Assembly (NCBI GenBank): GCA_964016885.1
Contig: OZ024743.1
Location: 197,532,001 to 197,596,000, forward strand
Length of the DNA: 64,000 bases
Direction: 5' to 3'
Source of the DNA: Eledone cirrhosa
Taxonomy: Eukaryota
The translations under genes were made by a program, and so were the position numbers. The notes beneath the pieces were generated by a model, which had not been told where the DNA came from, did no database searches, and saw only the letters and a list, made by a program, of their open reading frames with translations. Positions 11,967-23,371 of the stretch are shown one piece after another. How positions within the stretch are numbered: the stretch's first letter is position 1; the number at the start of each line of letters is the position of its first letter.

Positions 11967-12023
<57 letters not shown>

Positions 12024-12261
12024 CACACACACACACGCATAGGTGTTTATGTGTGTGTATGCGTATGTAGGCATTCATAAGTGAAGCAATGCATCGCTAT
12101 TGTATCTGCATCATATATATAAACATGCACACATGCACACACAAATATATATGTTGGCGAGAGCCCGTGTATATGTATATATAGAGTTCTGTTTACATGC
12201 CAACACAAGAGCAAGAATGAAGGGTTCATTCTACCGACATAGCTCTTAAAATGAGGCTTGT

Positions 12262-12380
12262 TTGAGTTCAAATCACGTCGAGGTTCACTTTGCCTTTCAT
12301 CCTTACGGGTTCGATAAAATAAAGTACCAGTAATGTACTGGGTAATTGCTAGCCTTGTGCCAAAAGTAGAAACAATTATT
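12262..12380 (+). mobile_element. SINE family A, 5'-truncated
   Basis: gagttcaaatc..ctttgcctttcatccttacggg..gtgccaaaagtagaaacaattatt. Confidence 0.85.
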
Positions 12381-12927
12381 AATATTCGAAAAACTCAGAT
12401 TACATTTATTGTATTCAGCCATGTAGAGCGAAAATTCCTTTTTTATTTGAATGTGGCAAAGCCGGCCATTTATCGCTCGTACTCAGGAAACTGACTGGCC
12501 AGTCTGCTGATATGCAAATCTGGCTGGTCAGTGGATCTGCTAATATGCAGATCTGACTGATCATCCAGTCTGCTAATATGCAAATCAAGCCGATCAGTCG
12601 CTGTATATTTTAGAAAATAGCATATATTTTCACTAGCTCTGACAGTTTGGCAGGTGAACAGTGAGCTGTACTGATAAAGGGTGATACCCAGAAACATTAG
12701 TGTCTGAAGTTCTGTTTACATGCCAACACATCTACCGACATGGCTTTAAAAATGAGGCTTGTCTGCATAATTGCAAACGAATCGAATCGAATATTATTAT
12801 TAATATTCTAAAAACTCAGATAACATTTATATATATATATAGTAATAATAATAAATTTGAAGACTAAAATCCAAAGAGGGCTCGATAAGGATAAATATAT
12901 ATCAAATATATAAGAACCGTAGAGCAA

Positions 12928-13019
12928 ATATTTATTAAAATAACAGATTTAAAGTTTCAGAAGATCCCGTTAAGGGTGAAAGCAGCGATTCTCTGCTTAA
13001 ACTGTAATCTGTTATTTTA

Positions 13020-13027
<8 letters not shown>
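12928..13027 (+). ncRNA. Type I hammerhead-like motif with a long stem I
   Basis: AGUUU-CAGAAGA-UCCC(GUUAA)GGGU-GAAAGCAG(loop)CUGCUU-AAACU. Stem I extends ~30 bp. The core has CAGA in place of CUGA. Confidence 0.55.
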
Positions 13028-13067
<40 letters not shown>

Positions 13068-13290
13068 GTGCGTGTATTAATGTAATCTTTTCCCCTGCTG
13101 CACACTCTCCCTCTTTCTCATTCTCTCTCTCCCCCTCCCCTCTCTCTCTCTGTGATATATTATATGGTTGGGTCAATACAGCCTTAAGAGAAATGTTTTC
13201 CAAAACATGTGATTCGGCACACTCATGTTTCGCGTGCATAAATGTATCATTTAAATTTAAGTGTATTATAATAACCCTAACCACTTATAT

Positions 13291-13466
13291 TATCGGTAGA
13301 AGGTCGGACGCTATGCTTTCCAGCATAGAGTTACATCCGTTTACGGTCTGAGTTCAAATCCCACCGAGGTTAACTTTGCCTTTCGTTCTTACTGGGTCGA
13401 TAAAATAAAGTACCAGTAATGCACTGAGATAATTGCTGGCCTTGTGCCAAAAGTAGAGACAATTAT
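13291..13466 (+). mobile_element. SINE family A
   Basis: Near full-length match to the family consensus. Confidence 0.9.
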
Positions 13467-13483
13467 ATTAGATTATATGATTT

Positions 13484-13660
13484 TGTGCACTGGTATGTAC
13501 CTGTTTCTGGGAGTGCCAATAATGCTGTTAGAACTCGGTAGAGCTGCTCTGCTAGAGATCGGGTCGCAGGTTGCGGATAGCGATACGGCCATCAGATATG
13601 GTGGTTTTTTGCGATATAAGCGGGTAACTACTGGATGAGTAAGCAACTCCGGACCAATAC
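13484..13660 (+). mobile_element. Probable RTE-clade LINE 5' region fragment
   Basis: caggttgcggatag..acggccatcagatatgg..gagtaagcaactccggac resembles a 5'-region motif of RTE elements (recognition only). Confidence 0.4.
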
Positions 13661-13839
13661 CAGTAAACTAAAATCAGGTGATGTGAGTTCTTCTATATGT
13701 AGTAAGCTTTCATCATATTAGATTTCGTTGAACATTCAAACGAGCTACAGAATCATATATATAGGTTGGAATAATTAATGGGATTATCAAATTAATGTAT
13801 TTCAACCTCTATATATATCTTCCAAATAAAGATTCTAGT

Positions 13840-14030
13840 TTAATGTCTCTGACGAAGAAGGTGAACTGGACCTATAGTATTGGGATTAATAATATCGAGT
13901 TACACAAGTAGTTTCGATTAGTCAATATATTGATATATAATGATCAATAAACCTTCTGAAACGATCGTAAATCAATGAATTAATGAAGCACTAAACTTCA
14001 CTTTTTGCTTTCATTTTTTTAACATATATA
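13840..14030 (+). ncRNA. Type I hammerhead-like motif with an 88-nt insert in loop II
   Basis: CUGACGA (13849), AGAAGGU ...88 nt... ACCUUCU, GAAACGAUCGUA with palindromic stem III ACGAUCGU. Stem I is degenerate. Confidence 0.65.
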
Positions 14031-14090
14031 TCATATTGTTTTACATTATATTATATTATATTATATTATATTATATATATATATATATAT

Positions 14091-14499
14091 AATATCAATA
14101 ATATTAATAAATGGAAAATATCTTTATAAAACCACATTTATTTCATTATACGTATTTCAAGGGTACTAATATTTTAGTACGCTTTCGTCAGATAAAATAC
14201 AATAATTGGTGTAAAGAGAGTGATATATCTTCATGGGAACTTTATGTTATAAATTCAATGAATTTATAACATAAAGTTCACATGAAGATATGTCACAATT
14301 GTTGTATTTTATCTGACGAAAGCGTACTAAAATATTAGTACCCTTGAAATGCGTATAATAAAATAAATATGGTTTTATAAAGATATTTTCCATTTATTAA
14401 TATTATTGATATTAATGATACTCCGGAAAAATACGTTGAGTGCTTCTACTCTGTTGTAAATTAACTTTGTTGAATAATCAACAAACCAAATATCTCATT

Positions 14500-14500
<1 letters not shown>
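14091..14500. mobile_element. ~320-bp fold-back with a complete hammerhead in each arm, plus 3' tail, within (TA)n
   Basis: UAUUUUAU-CUGACGA-AAGCGUACUAA(AAUA)UUAGUACCCUU-GAAAU(A/G)CGUAUA-AU(A/G)AAAUA at 14304-14364 (+) and ~14139-14200 (-). Confidence 0.85.
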
Positions 14501-14568
<68 letters not shown>

Positions 14569-14660
14569 CCGTAAGGATGAAAGGCAAAGTTAACCTTAGC
14601 GGGATTTGAACTCAGATCATAAAATATAATACAATATAATATAAAACAATATGATATATA

Positions 14661-14710
<50 letters not shown>

Positions 14711-14739
14711 GTATATTGAATGTTTCCTGGTAAATATGA

Positions 14740-14897
14740 GCTGGCATGCAGTAATCATTGGAGTTCACCGATTCTCAGCAAAATTTATTCGAGGTCTTCT
14801 ACAATACACTGTGTCGAGTCAACTTCTGTTCATTATTTATGTAAATGGACTTGGTCGTTGTAAACACAGTAAAATATAAACAAATAACCGATGACTA
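14740..14897 (+). pseudogene. Decayed CR1/L2-type reverse transcriptase fragment
   Basis: GLLQYTVSSQLLFIIYVNGL..SKI*QITDD resembles the RT motif GVPQGSVLGPLLFxIYINDL..LFADD. Confidence 0.55.
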
Positions 14898-14907
14898 ATG
14901 TTTAGAT

Positions 14908-15195
14908 CAGTTATGTCAACCTGCAGCCCCCGAACTTTCTGAATGGCTCGCCTAAGTCACCTAAGTGAAATCTTTCAGATTTTTTTACCCAAACTTTTCA
15001 GTCATAATTTATCTTTCTATCATTTTTACGATCGCGGAAAACAACGTGTACGAATTATTCAGAAACAAATCAAAACAACGTGAGTTACCGCCCTTTTTTT
15101 AATGTGGGCACGAATGTAAATTAGCGCTTGCGGCCCGCCTAATGATGAGCTATATCTCATGCGGCCCGCTTCTCGAAAAAGGTTGCCCATGCCTG
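14908..15195. mobile_element. hAT (Charlie-like) MITE
   Basis: Termini cagttatgtcaacctg / aggttgcccatgcctg, gcggcccg subterminal repeats and an 8-bp TSD gtttagat/gtttagac. Confidence 0.75.
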
Positions 15196-15396
15196 GTTTA
15201 GACTGTCGTCAATGGATTAGATAACCCGTCACAACTTCCATTTGATTCTTGCGCTGTGTGTCAATAAAAGGGAAAAACATAATAAAACAAAACAACACCA
15301 ATATGTCACCAACTGAGGAAAACAATTTAGTCTTATCAATTTTAGAAAAGAAGAATGAAATTCTCCTGTCGTGGCAGAATACCAAAAGGCATCAAA

Positions 15397-15665
15397 TAAT
15401 GGTTTCTGATATAGGCACAAGGCCCAAAATTTGGGGTGGGAGGAGGGGGCCAGTCTATTAAATCGACCCCTGAAAATGGAAGAATTCAATAGGTTAATTA
15501 CAAACAAAGAAATGTCACGGCACGCTGTCATTACTGGTATCGATGCAAAAAGCTCGAAAGCTGCCGTGTGCGCAACGAGGTTAACTTTGCCTTTCATCCT
15601 TACGGCGTCGATAAAATAAAGTACCAGTAATTGCTGGCCTTGCACCAAAAGTAGAAACAATTATT
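15397..15665. mobile_element. Two partial family-A SINEs, (-) 15397-15470 and (+) 15575-15665
   Basis: 3' halves of the consensus on opposite strands. Confidence 0.7.
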
Positions 15666-16069
15666 TGTACAATATCGAAAATATTCCATCAACATTACCT
15701 AAAAGATCTTTACACGAAGTTTAAAAGTCACCGAAGGACAAGCGACTGGGTCATATGTCTCCATATTTGAGTTCATTTCACCTAAACATATAGCCACACA
15801 AATATTTTACCTCATCTGATTTTGTTCAACAATTTTCCGAAAAAAAAAAAAAAAAATTAAAAGAAAAATATTTAAATTCTCACGGTTTTTCTGTTTGTCA
15901 GCTGAATTTCATCTCATGTGAGTGTATTTCTGTGTATACGTATGTGGCAATATGTTTTTATTTGGAAAATATCTCAAGGCTGCCTTCTGCATAAAAAGCA
16001 AATAGTTAAATACAAGCTTACGTAGTTGGCATGGTGAGCCGAAAATAATTCCGAATCAATTAAAATTTT

Positions 16070-16164
16070 AGCCGCGATGAGAAGAAAATTCATCAGCACT
16101 AATAAAAAGTTATCCACAGAATAATATTATAGTAGTGCTGATGAATTTCCTTCTCATTACGGCT
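16070..16164. repeat. Short inverted repeat with CTGATGA in each arm
   Basis: gccgcgatgagaagaaaattcatcagcacta / tagtgctgatgaatttccttctcattacggc; no GAAA box is retained. Confidence 0.6.
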
Positions 16165-17076
16165 CCCAGCACACATTGCATAATTGTAATTTAGTTTTTG
16201 GCCGATTGAAATGTTGAACACCCTTACCGCTAGACCACACGCCTCCACTACCCTCATCTATCTGCCCTATCAATAAATATTGCTTTACGTTTTGTTTGTC
16301 CAGTTGTCTTTTATGAGACAATACCTACCTAAATTCCTAGATGAATAAAAGACTATAGCTGACCATTATCCATCTAAAGTATTGTAAGATATTTATTTCA
16401 TTTTAGCAGCCAGATAATTTGGACAATGTGATGTTTATTTTCGAGAAGTAGTTCCCAAATTTAATTTGTCAGCGTATATAGTTTAAAAAAAAACTTTAGA
16501 TCCTATATCTATATTTTACGGACAATTCCCACAACATAAATGAAACAAAGATTGTTCTAGAAAAATAATTTATTCATATAAAAAAGGATTTTGAATTTAA
16601 TCATGCGATACCGATGAACCCGAGAATCTTTTCATCGAACCGTGGCGTTCGTCGAAACCCATTTTAGAAAACACTGCTATAGAGTTTCTCCCAGAATAAG
16701 GGTAACGATGTGCAAGGATGTTTTGAATTTTGTTAAGAAACACATCAATTTGTATTTTTCAGGAGGAGTTTCATGGCAATAACTTATGTCAGGTTATGGC
16801 AGCGTCAGAACAGGGTCAGTCGACTGTGTTCGAAATAATCTCTAAAGATATAGCAATGAAGCTTAAAATGGATTACTTTTTTTTATAGATTTCTGTTGAC
16901 CTGCTTCTATCTGTATGAAGCAAATACAGCGTTTGGCTACATTCATTATGAATATCTTACAAATTACATTCTACCAACATAAAAAACAATACATTACATG
17001 ATATAGTGCTAGATACACATGTTTTGATAGAGAAAAAAGACGCTTTGTTCTTCTACAGATCAGCATTCATTATTTG

Positions 17077-17671
17077 ATCCCGCTGATGTTAACTTTGCCT
17101 TTCATCCTTACGGGGGTCGATAAAATAAAGTACCAGTCACGCACTGGGGTCGATTTAATCGAATTTCCCCCTCCCCCAAAATTGCTGGCATTGTGCCTAT
17201 ATAAGAAACCATTATTTGTGATAAGGTGGATTAGGCAGTATTGGTAGAGCGTCGGACACCATGCTTTGTGGCATAAAGTTATGGTCTTTTACGTTCTGAT
17301 TTCAAATCTCGCCGTCGTTAGCTTTGCCTTTCATCCATACGGGGACGATAAAATAAAGTACCAGTAAGCACTGGGGTCGATTTGATCAACTTTCCCCTCT
17401 CTTTCAAATTGCTGGCTTTGTGCCTAAAATAGAAACAATTATTTGTGATAATAAGGATGGTAGATTGGCAAATTGGTAAAGCGCCGGACAAAATGCATTA
17501 TAGTATTTCTTTACGGTACATTACCTTCTGAGAACAAATTCTACTTCGTCCAATTTTACTTTTCATCCGCCGGGGTCGATAAAATAACGCTCCATTCACG
17601 TACTGGGGTCGATTTAATCGCTATTTCTCTCACCCAAAATTACTAGCCTTGTGCTTATGTTAGATACATTC
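17077..17671 (+). mobile_element. Three head-to-tail family-A SINEs, long subfamily
   Basis: Copies at 17077-17216, 17225-17443 and 17456-17671, each followed by tttgtgataa. Confidence 0.85.
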
Positions 17672-18004
17672 TTTGTGATAATATGTCTGTTAAGGCCTTT
17701 TATATTGTAGGCAAACAGAATATGCGAATGTTGTTTTTATAGTTTTGATTTCCTTTACTGTTAAGAAATACCCCCCCCCCTTCATGTGCCATTCAAGTGT
17801 TGTTTCTAGCTCTTTTCATAAGTCATTGAATATTTTTGCAAATACTTTGAATGTATCAGTTAGTTGTTTCAGCCAGAAGTTTGGCCTTTTGTCAATACGT
17901 GGTGCTTTCCTGTTGTATATATTTTGTAATATTTTATATGTTTAAACTAAGATCGGGGATTTGCAGGGATGTTGCTACAATTAAGGTTAACTAGTCAGCC
18001 GACC

Positions 18005-18369
18005 AAGGCGTATACCTGAGAGGTGTATTACTGATAGAATGCGTAGCTCGGTGATCAGAGAGAGTCACTCCAGGTAGAGTCGCTACTTCTCCGAATTGAG
18101 AGATCACAGCTCCGATACTATGGGCATGTAGTTAGAATGTCTCAGGAAAGAATCGCTGGACAGATTTTACGGGCAAAAGCAACTGGCAGGAGATCCAGGG
18201 GTAGACTCCGAGCAAGATGATTGGATAACGTCCATGAGCTTGGCTGGTCACGTTTAGGGATCCAGCCGGATCAGTTGGAGACGGCTGCTTCTGACAGGAC
18301 GCGCTGGCTGGAAGGAGTGGTTACAGACTCTTCCCCCACGACACTGTCATGAATAAGTGAGCGAAGAAG
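18005..18369 (+). mobile_element. RTE-clade (Expander/Rex3-like) LINE 3' end, decayed
   Basis: Translates, with a frameshift and a stop, as DRMRSSVIRE..LQVESLLLRIERSQLRYYGHVVRMSQERIAGQILRAKATGRRSRGR..ELGWSRLGIQPDQLETAASDRTRW and ends in gaagaag. Confidence 0.8.
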
Positions 18370-18387
18370 TTATATACATAATAAATG

Positions 18388-18559
18388 TTTGGCACAAGGC
18401 CAGCAATTATCCCAGAGTATTACTGCTACTTTATTTTATCGACCCCGTAAGGGTGAAAGGCAACGTTAACCTCGACGGGATCTGAACTCAGACCATAAAG
18501 GGCCATAACTCTTTGCTGAAAAGCATGGCGTCCGACCCTCTACCGATACTGCCAATCCA
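18388..18559 (-). mobile_element. SINE family A
   Basis: Match to the family consensus. Confidence 0.9.
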
Positions 18560-19093
18560 ATGACCAGCGATCCACAAATAAATCGTTATATATCTTTGCG
18601 ACGTAGCAGCGATGTCGAAATATCCAAAGCAGTGCAAATGTCGAATGATGTTATGACCAGTCACGTAATTTGGCGCGGGTGAGTGCGGACTATGTAGTGG
18701 AAAATGAAAGCTTAGTAATTTCATTAGTGCTGTCAGGAACAAGAACTGTCAAAAACAAAATTGTTCAGCTTACCAAATTTGTAAAGTTGAAAATATTATT
18801 ATTTTTTGTGGGTGGTGGTGGTAGAGAAGGGAGCGCACATTGTAGAGCTAATCTACAAGGCTAGATGCCTAGGTGTCAGCTTTGTATGTAGAAGTAGCAG
18901 TTAGGTGTATAAAGCACAGAACAGCTCGCACAAGCAAAGCGTATGTATGTATCTGTATTTCAATGTTTTTGTTGTGTTTATTAGTAGAGTGTTCATAGTT
19001 TCCAGTCTCATTTCACTAAAGTCGATAAACATTTATCAGATCATGGAACGTTACGTATAAGGAATTAGATACCAGTCTTTCTAGGAATATTAT

Positions 19094-19283
19094 GGTGGAT
19101 TGGCAGTATCGGTAGAAGGTTGTACGCCGTGCTTTGTAGCGAAGAGTTACGCCTCTTTATGATCCGAGTTCAAATCCCGCCGTGGTTAGCTTTGCATTTC
19201 ATCATTACGGGGTCGATAAAATGAAGTACCAGTAATACACTGGGACAATTGCTGGCTTTGTGCCAAAAGTAGAATTAATTATT
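19094..19283 (+). mobile_element. SINE family A, full length
   Basis: ggtggattggcagtatcggtag..gagttcaaatcccgcc..gtgccaaaagtagaa. Confidence 0.9.
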
Positions 19284-19775
19284 TATCAACATTCCATTTT
19301 GACTTCTGTTCTTTGTTATGAAACCTTAAACAAATATTAAACAATTTCTATTTGACTTCTATATTTTATCTCCCTTTCTTAATAACGAACCAAACAGCAT
19401 TCATTAGTAGCAATGGGGGCTCTTATAATCTCAACAACAATATCAACAAGAAGAAACTCTCAGGATAGAAAGACATTTTTGAGAAAATAGAAGAAGAAAA
19501 AATTACGAAATAAAAGTTTAAAAAAATAAGCTGAGAAGAAAATAGGAAAATTAGTAATTTTTTTTGTTTTAACGTTTTGGGTTTTACTGCAGCCTTCACG
19601 TCTTTGATGGTAATCTTTGATGTGTTGGTATTTTCACACTCTTTACATAAAGCATGAATCAAACAATTGGTTATACCGATGTTATCTGCTTGCTCTGGCA
19701 ACTAAATATCTTTCTTCTCTTCCATTCATGCACTCTCAAATAAACTATCGTATTTAAGTGAAAGATAATCACCTA

Positions 19776-20235
19776 ATGATGATGATGATGATGATGATGG
19801 TGATGTTGTTGATGATGATGATGATGATGATGAGGATGATGATGATGATGATGATGATGATAGTGATGGTGATGTCGTTGATGATGATGAGGAGGGGGAG
19901 GGTGTTGATGGTGATGATGATGGTGATGGTGATGTTGATGATGATGATGAGGATAAGGAGGGTGTTGATGATGATGATGATGATAATGACGATGATGGTG
20001 TTGATGATGATGATGATGATGATGATGATGTGGCTAAGCGGGAGAAGGAGGAGGAGGAGGTAAATAATATATTCAGCCAAGTTTGAACGTTTTTTAACTT
20101 GCTGTTTTAAATTAATAATTTATCGCAAATAAATAAATCCATACATAATTAAATAAATAAACAACAACAACAACAACAAGAATACAAGAAATAATGATGA
20201 TAATGATAATAATAGTAATAGTAACAATAATAATA

Positions 20236-20290
<55 letters not shown>

Positions 20291-20302
20291 ACAATAATGA
20301 TT
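19776..20302. repeat. (GAT)n/(GGA)n/(AAC)n/(ACT)n microsatellites
   Basis: Direct inspection. Confidence 0.9.
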
Positions 20303-20863
20303 ATAGTTTAAAGAAGCATTAGACATTACAAATGACCCATATTAGACTATGAAAACAAGTTTATGTGCCAGAACAAAATTATTGTTGATTTCTTACTTTG
20401 AACTTGTAACCATTTGTTGGAAGATGAAAACATTGTTGAGAATGTGACAGTAGGGGTTTATATCAAAGACTTTCTTTCAGGCAACATGGAGCTGGGTGGT
20501 TTGTTTTTGTCATTGGTTAAAGAAGAAATAGTATTAACATATATTCTTTCATTGTTCTCACAGTTATTGTACAAAGGAGAACCAAGTTAGACGATAGTCT
20601 GCTCTACAATCAATCTCCTCTTTCTTTGTTCTTTTTTTCATATGGGAAATTTTTGCGACACTGTGTTATCCCTTGCAGTCCCGAAGAACTTTCAAGGTTC
20701 CGTTTGAGGTATTTTCCAAATGTATAATTTTAACTAGAAATGAGTTCAAACGATATTTTCCACATCGTTTCATTCATTTTATGTACATTGATGCCGTCAA
20801 CGTGTGTGGCGCTCTCTATCAGAGAAATCTCTGTTACTAATACTGTCCAAAAATGATGCCATT

Positions 20864-21376
20864 ATTGGCAGTATCGGTAGAGGGTCGGACGCCATGCTTT
20901 CCAGCATAGTTACGTCCCTTTACGTCTGAGTTCAAATCCCGCCGAGGTTGACTTCGCCTTTCATCCTTACGGGGTCGATAAAATAAAGTACCAGTAATGC
21001 ACTGGGTTATTGCTGGCCTTGTGCCTAAAGTAGAAACAATTATGTATGGTGAATTGGCAGTATCGGTAGAGGGTTGCACGCCATGCTTTCTAGCATAGTT
21101 ACGTCCCTTTACAGTCTGAGTTCAAATCCCGCCGAGGTTAACTTTGCCTTTCATCCTTACGGGGTCGATAACATAAAGTACCAGTAATGTACTGGGTAAT
21201 TGCTGGCCTTGTGCCTAAAGTTGAAGCAATTATGTATAAGTTACGGCCGTTGCTATTCTGAGTTCAAATCTCGTCAAGGTTAACTTTGTCTTTCATCCTT
21301 ACGGAGTCGATAAAATAAAGTACCAGTAATGCACTGAGATAATTGTTGGCCTTGTGCCAAAAGTAGAAACAATTAT
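20864..21376 (+). mobile_element. Three head-to-tail family-A SINEs, short subfamily
   Basis: Copies at 20864-21043, 21048-21233 and 21240-21376, each followed by tatgtat. Confidence 0.9.
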
Positions 21377-21719
21377 GTATAAGTAAAATATGAAAATTAT
21401 GTTATTTCTAACATTAAATTTCTACTAAAACTATTCACATTTTCAAGATATTGAAGTTCATATGTTTGTTGTGAGAATAACCCCGACAGTGCAGTTTATG
21501 TAGATTGAAGAAGCAGTTATTGGACATAAATCTGTGTAGTTTGTTATCTGTACGGTTATAGAATAGATATTTTTGAACTTATAGAGTACATATTTGTATA
21601 GCTATAGATTATTTATCTGTGTAGTTATAGAGTAGCTATTTGTAGTTGATATGTGTGCAGTTATATAATAGATATCTGTGCTGTTATAAAGCTCATATCT
21701 GAGTAGGTATAACGGAAAA

Positions 21720-21886
21720 GAAAAAGAATCACCTTCGGTCACGAATGGCCATAGGATTTGAACTTAGAAAGTTCCTCTCCGAGGCACATGACTGAGCAAG
21801 GTTCTTTGTGGAAAACCAGCAGTCGCTCAGGCATACCAGTCTCCCCTCTCAACGCCACCGATGTTATCCAAGGGAAAGGCAATGGT
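21720..21886 (-). mobile_element. SINE/LINE 3'-tail fragment (related to ~59280-59410)
   Basis: cctctcaacgccaccgatgttatccaagggaaagg resembles cctctccatgatgatgttccagggaaagg at 59377. Confidence 0.5.
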
Positions 21887-22215
21887 AATTACATAAATAT
21901 AGAGTAGATATGTGTGTAATTATAGAGTAGATATGTGTGTAGTTATAGAGTAGATATATGTACAGTGATAGAGTAGATATGTGTGCAGTTATAGAGTAGA
22001 TATGTGTGCAGTTATGGAGTAGATATATGTGCAGTTATAGAGTAGATATATGTGCAGTTATAGAGTAGATATGTGTGCAGTTATAGAGTAGATATGTGTG
22101 TAATTATAGAGTAGATATATGTGCAGTTATAAAGTAGATATGTGTGCAGTTATAGAGTAGAAATGTGTGCAGTTATAGAATAGATATATGTGCAGTTATA
22201 GAGTAGATATATGTG

Positions 22216-22626
22216 CTACTGGTAACATGTAAACCAGTACAAACTGTCGCATGGTCGGTTTGTCGGCGACTAAACCGGCAACCCCACCAAATTTACTTGG
22301 TGAGGAGGGTGATTTTGGACACCCTGCAGGACAAAAAACAAAACCTGACAAAGTATGGAAGAACTCATAAGAGTCAACGACCATACCAAAATGTGTAAAT
22401 ATGTATATACACATGTACATATGTATGTGTATGTATATGCGAGTGTATATGCCTGGGTTGTCACGGAGGGCATGTACCTCTGTAGGGGGGGGGGGGGGGG
22501 TAGCCATGCCTTTTCAGGACAGCTCGTCCTGCATTGGTCCCCCCCTGGCACTCAGCTCTCCCCTGTGGCCCCAAGAAGCTGTAGCATGCGACAGCGGCCA
22601 CACCCTGGTAAACCGCTTTGGTAATC
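22216..22626 (+). mobile_element. GC-rich probable RTE-clade LINE 5'-region fragments
   Basis: ggcactcagctctcccctgtggcccc..agctgtagcatgcgacagcggccacacc and actaaaccggcaaccccacc resemble RTE 5' regions (recognition only). Confidence 0.45.
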
Positions 22627-23032
22627 ATAGAATAGATTTCTGTGTAGATATAGAAGAGTAGATATATATGGAATGGTGGACTAGTTATCTGTGTAGATAT
22701 AGAGTATATATGTGTTGTTATAGAGGAAATGTCTGTATATAGAATGCATATGGATGCAGATATAGAGTAGATATTATACATTTGCTTTGACGGAGAGGAA
22801 TATACGAGTGTCGGCAGAAATGTTCATTGGCTGACCAAGATACTCTCATGGAATGACCAAATAAGGTTAAATTTTCAACACAAACCCTATAAAAAATAAT
22901 GGAGTTATTAATAAGAAGAATTGAAATTAATGCATGCAAAACCTAGCATCACTCCTTCATAGTCAGCCTAGCCTATGAACATTTCAGCCGACCATCGTAC
23001 ATAGTTTCAAATTTGAATAAGAATATTACTAT

Positions 23033-23181
23033 TTCTGAGTTCAAATCTCGCTGAGGTTAGCTTTGCCGTTTATCCTTACAGGGTCGATAAAATCAAGCAC
23101 CAATAATCCACTGGGGTCGATTTAATCGACTTCCCCCTCTCCCCAAATTGTTGGCTTTGTGACTAAATCACAAACCATTAA
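23033..23181 (+). mobile_element. SINE family A, long subfamily, 5'-truncated
   Basis: Consensus match including ggggtcgatttaatcgacttcccc. Confidence 0.85.
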
Positions 23182-23371
23182 TTAAAGTATTTTATACATT
23201 CACTTCGTATGATGAGAGTCACATCAAAAGAGATTTAATAGTGTGTCATATTACTCTTCTAAAGTGGCATCCCACATACAGCGTTTTGTTTTAACCAGAG
23301 CCAAAAGCTATATAAATCTTTGTGTCTTAATCTGCCTAACTGCAAATAATTACGTAGGAACTCTGCATAAT

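Larger units (their letters stand above)
21530..22780. repeat. 23-bp minisatellite gttatagagtagatatgtgtgca with degenerate flanks, interrupted by retroelement fragments
   Basis: Regular core at 21890-22215 with a 23-bp period, and decayed units at 21530-21715 and 22625-22780. Confidence 0.9.

Noticed and set aside
19094-19185. tRNA gene suggested by A and B boxes
   Set aside because: It is the head of a multi-copy SINE; no acceptor stem or cloverleaf is evident.
22450-22626. HDV-like ribozyme in an RTE 5' fragment
   Set aside because: Such ribozymes are known in RTE elements, but I could not assign the nested double pseudoknot by eye.
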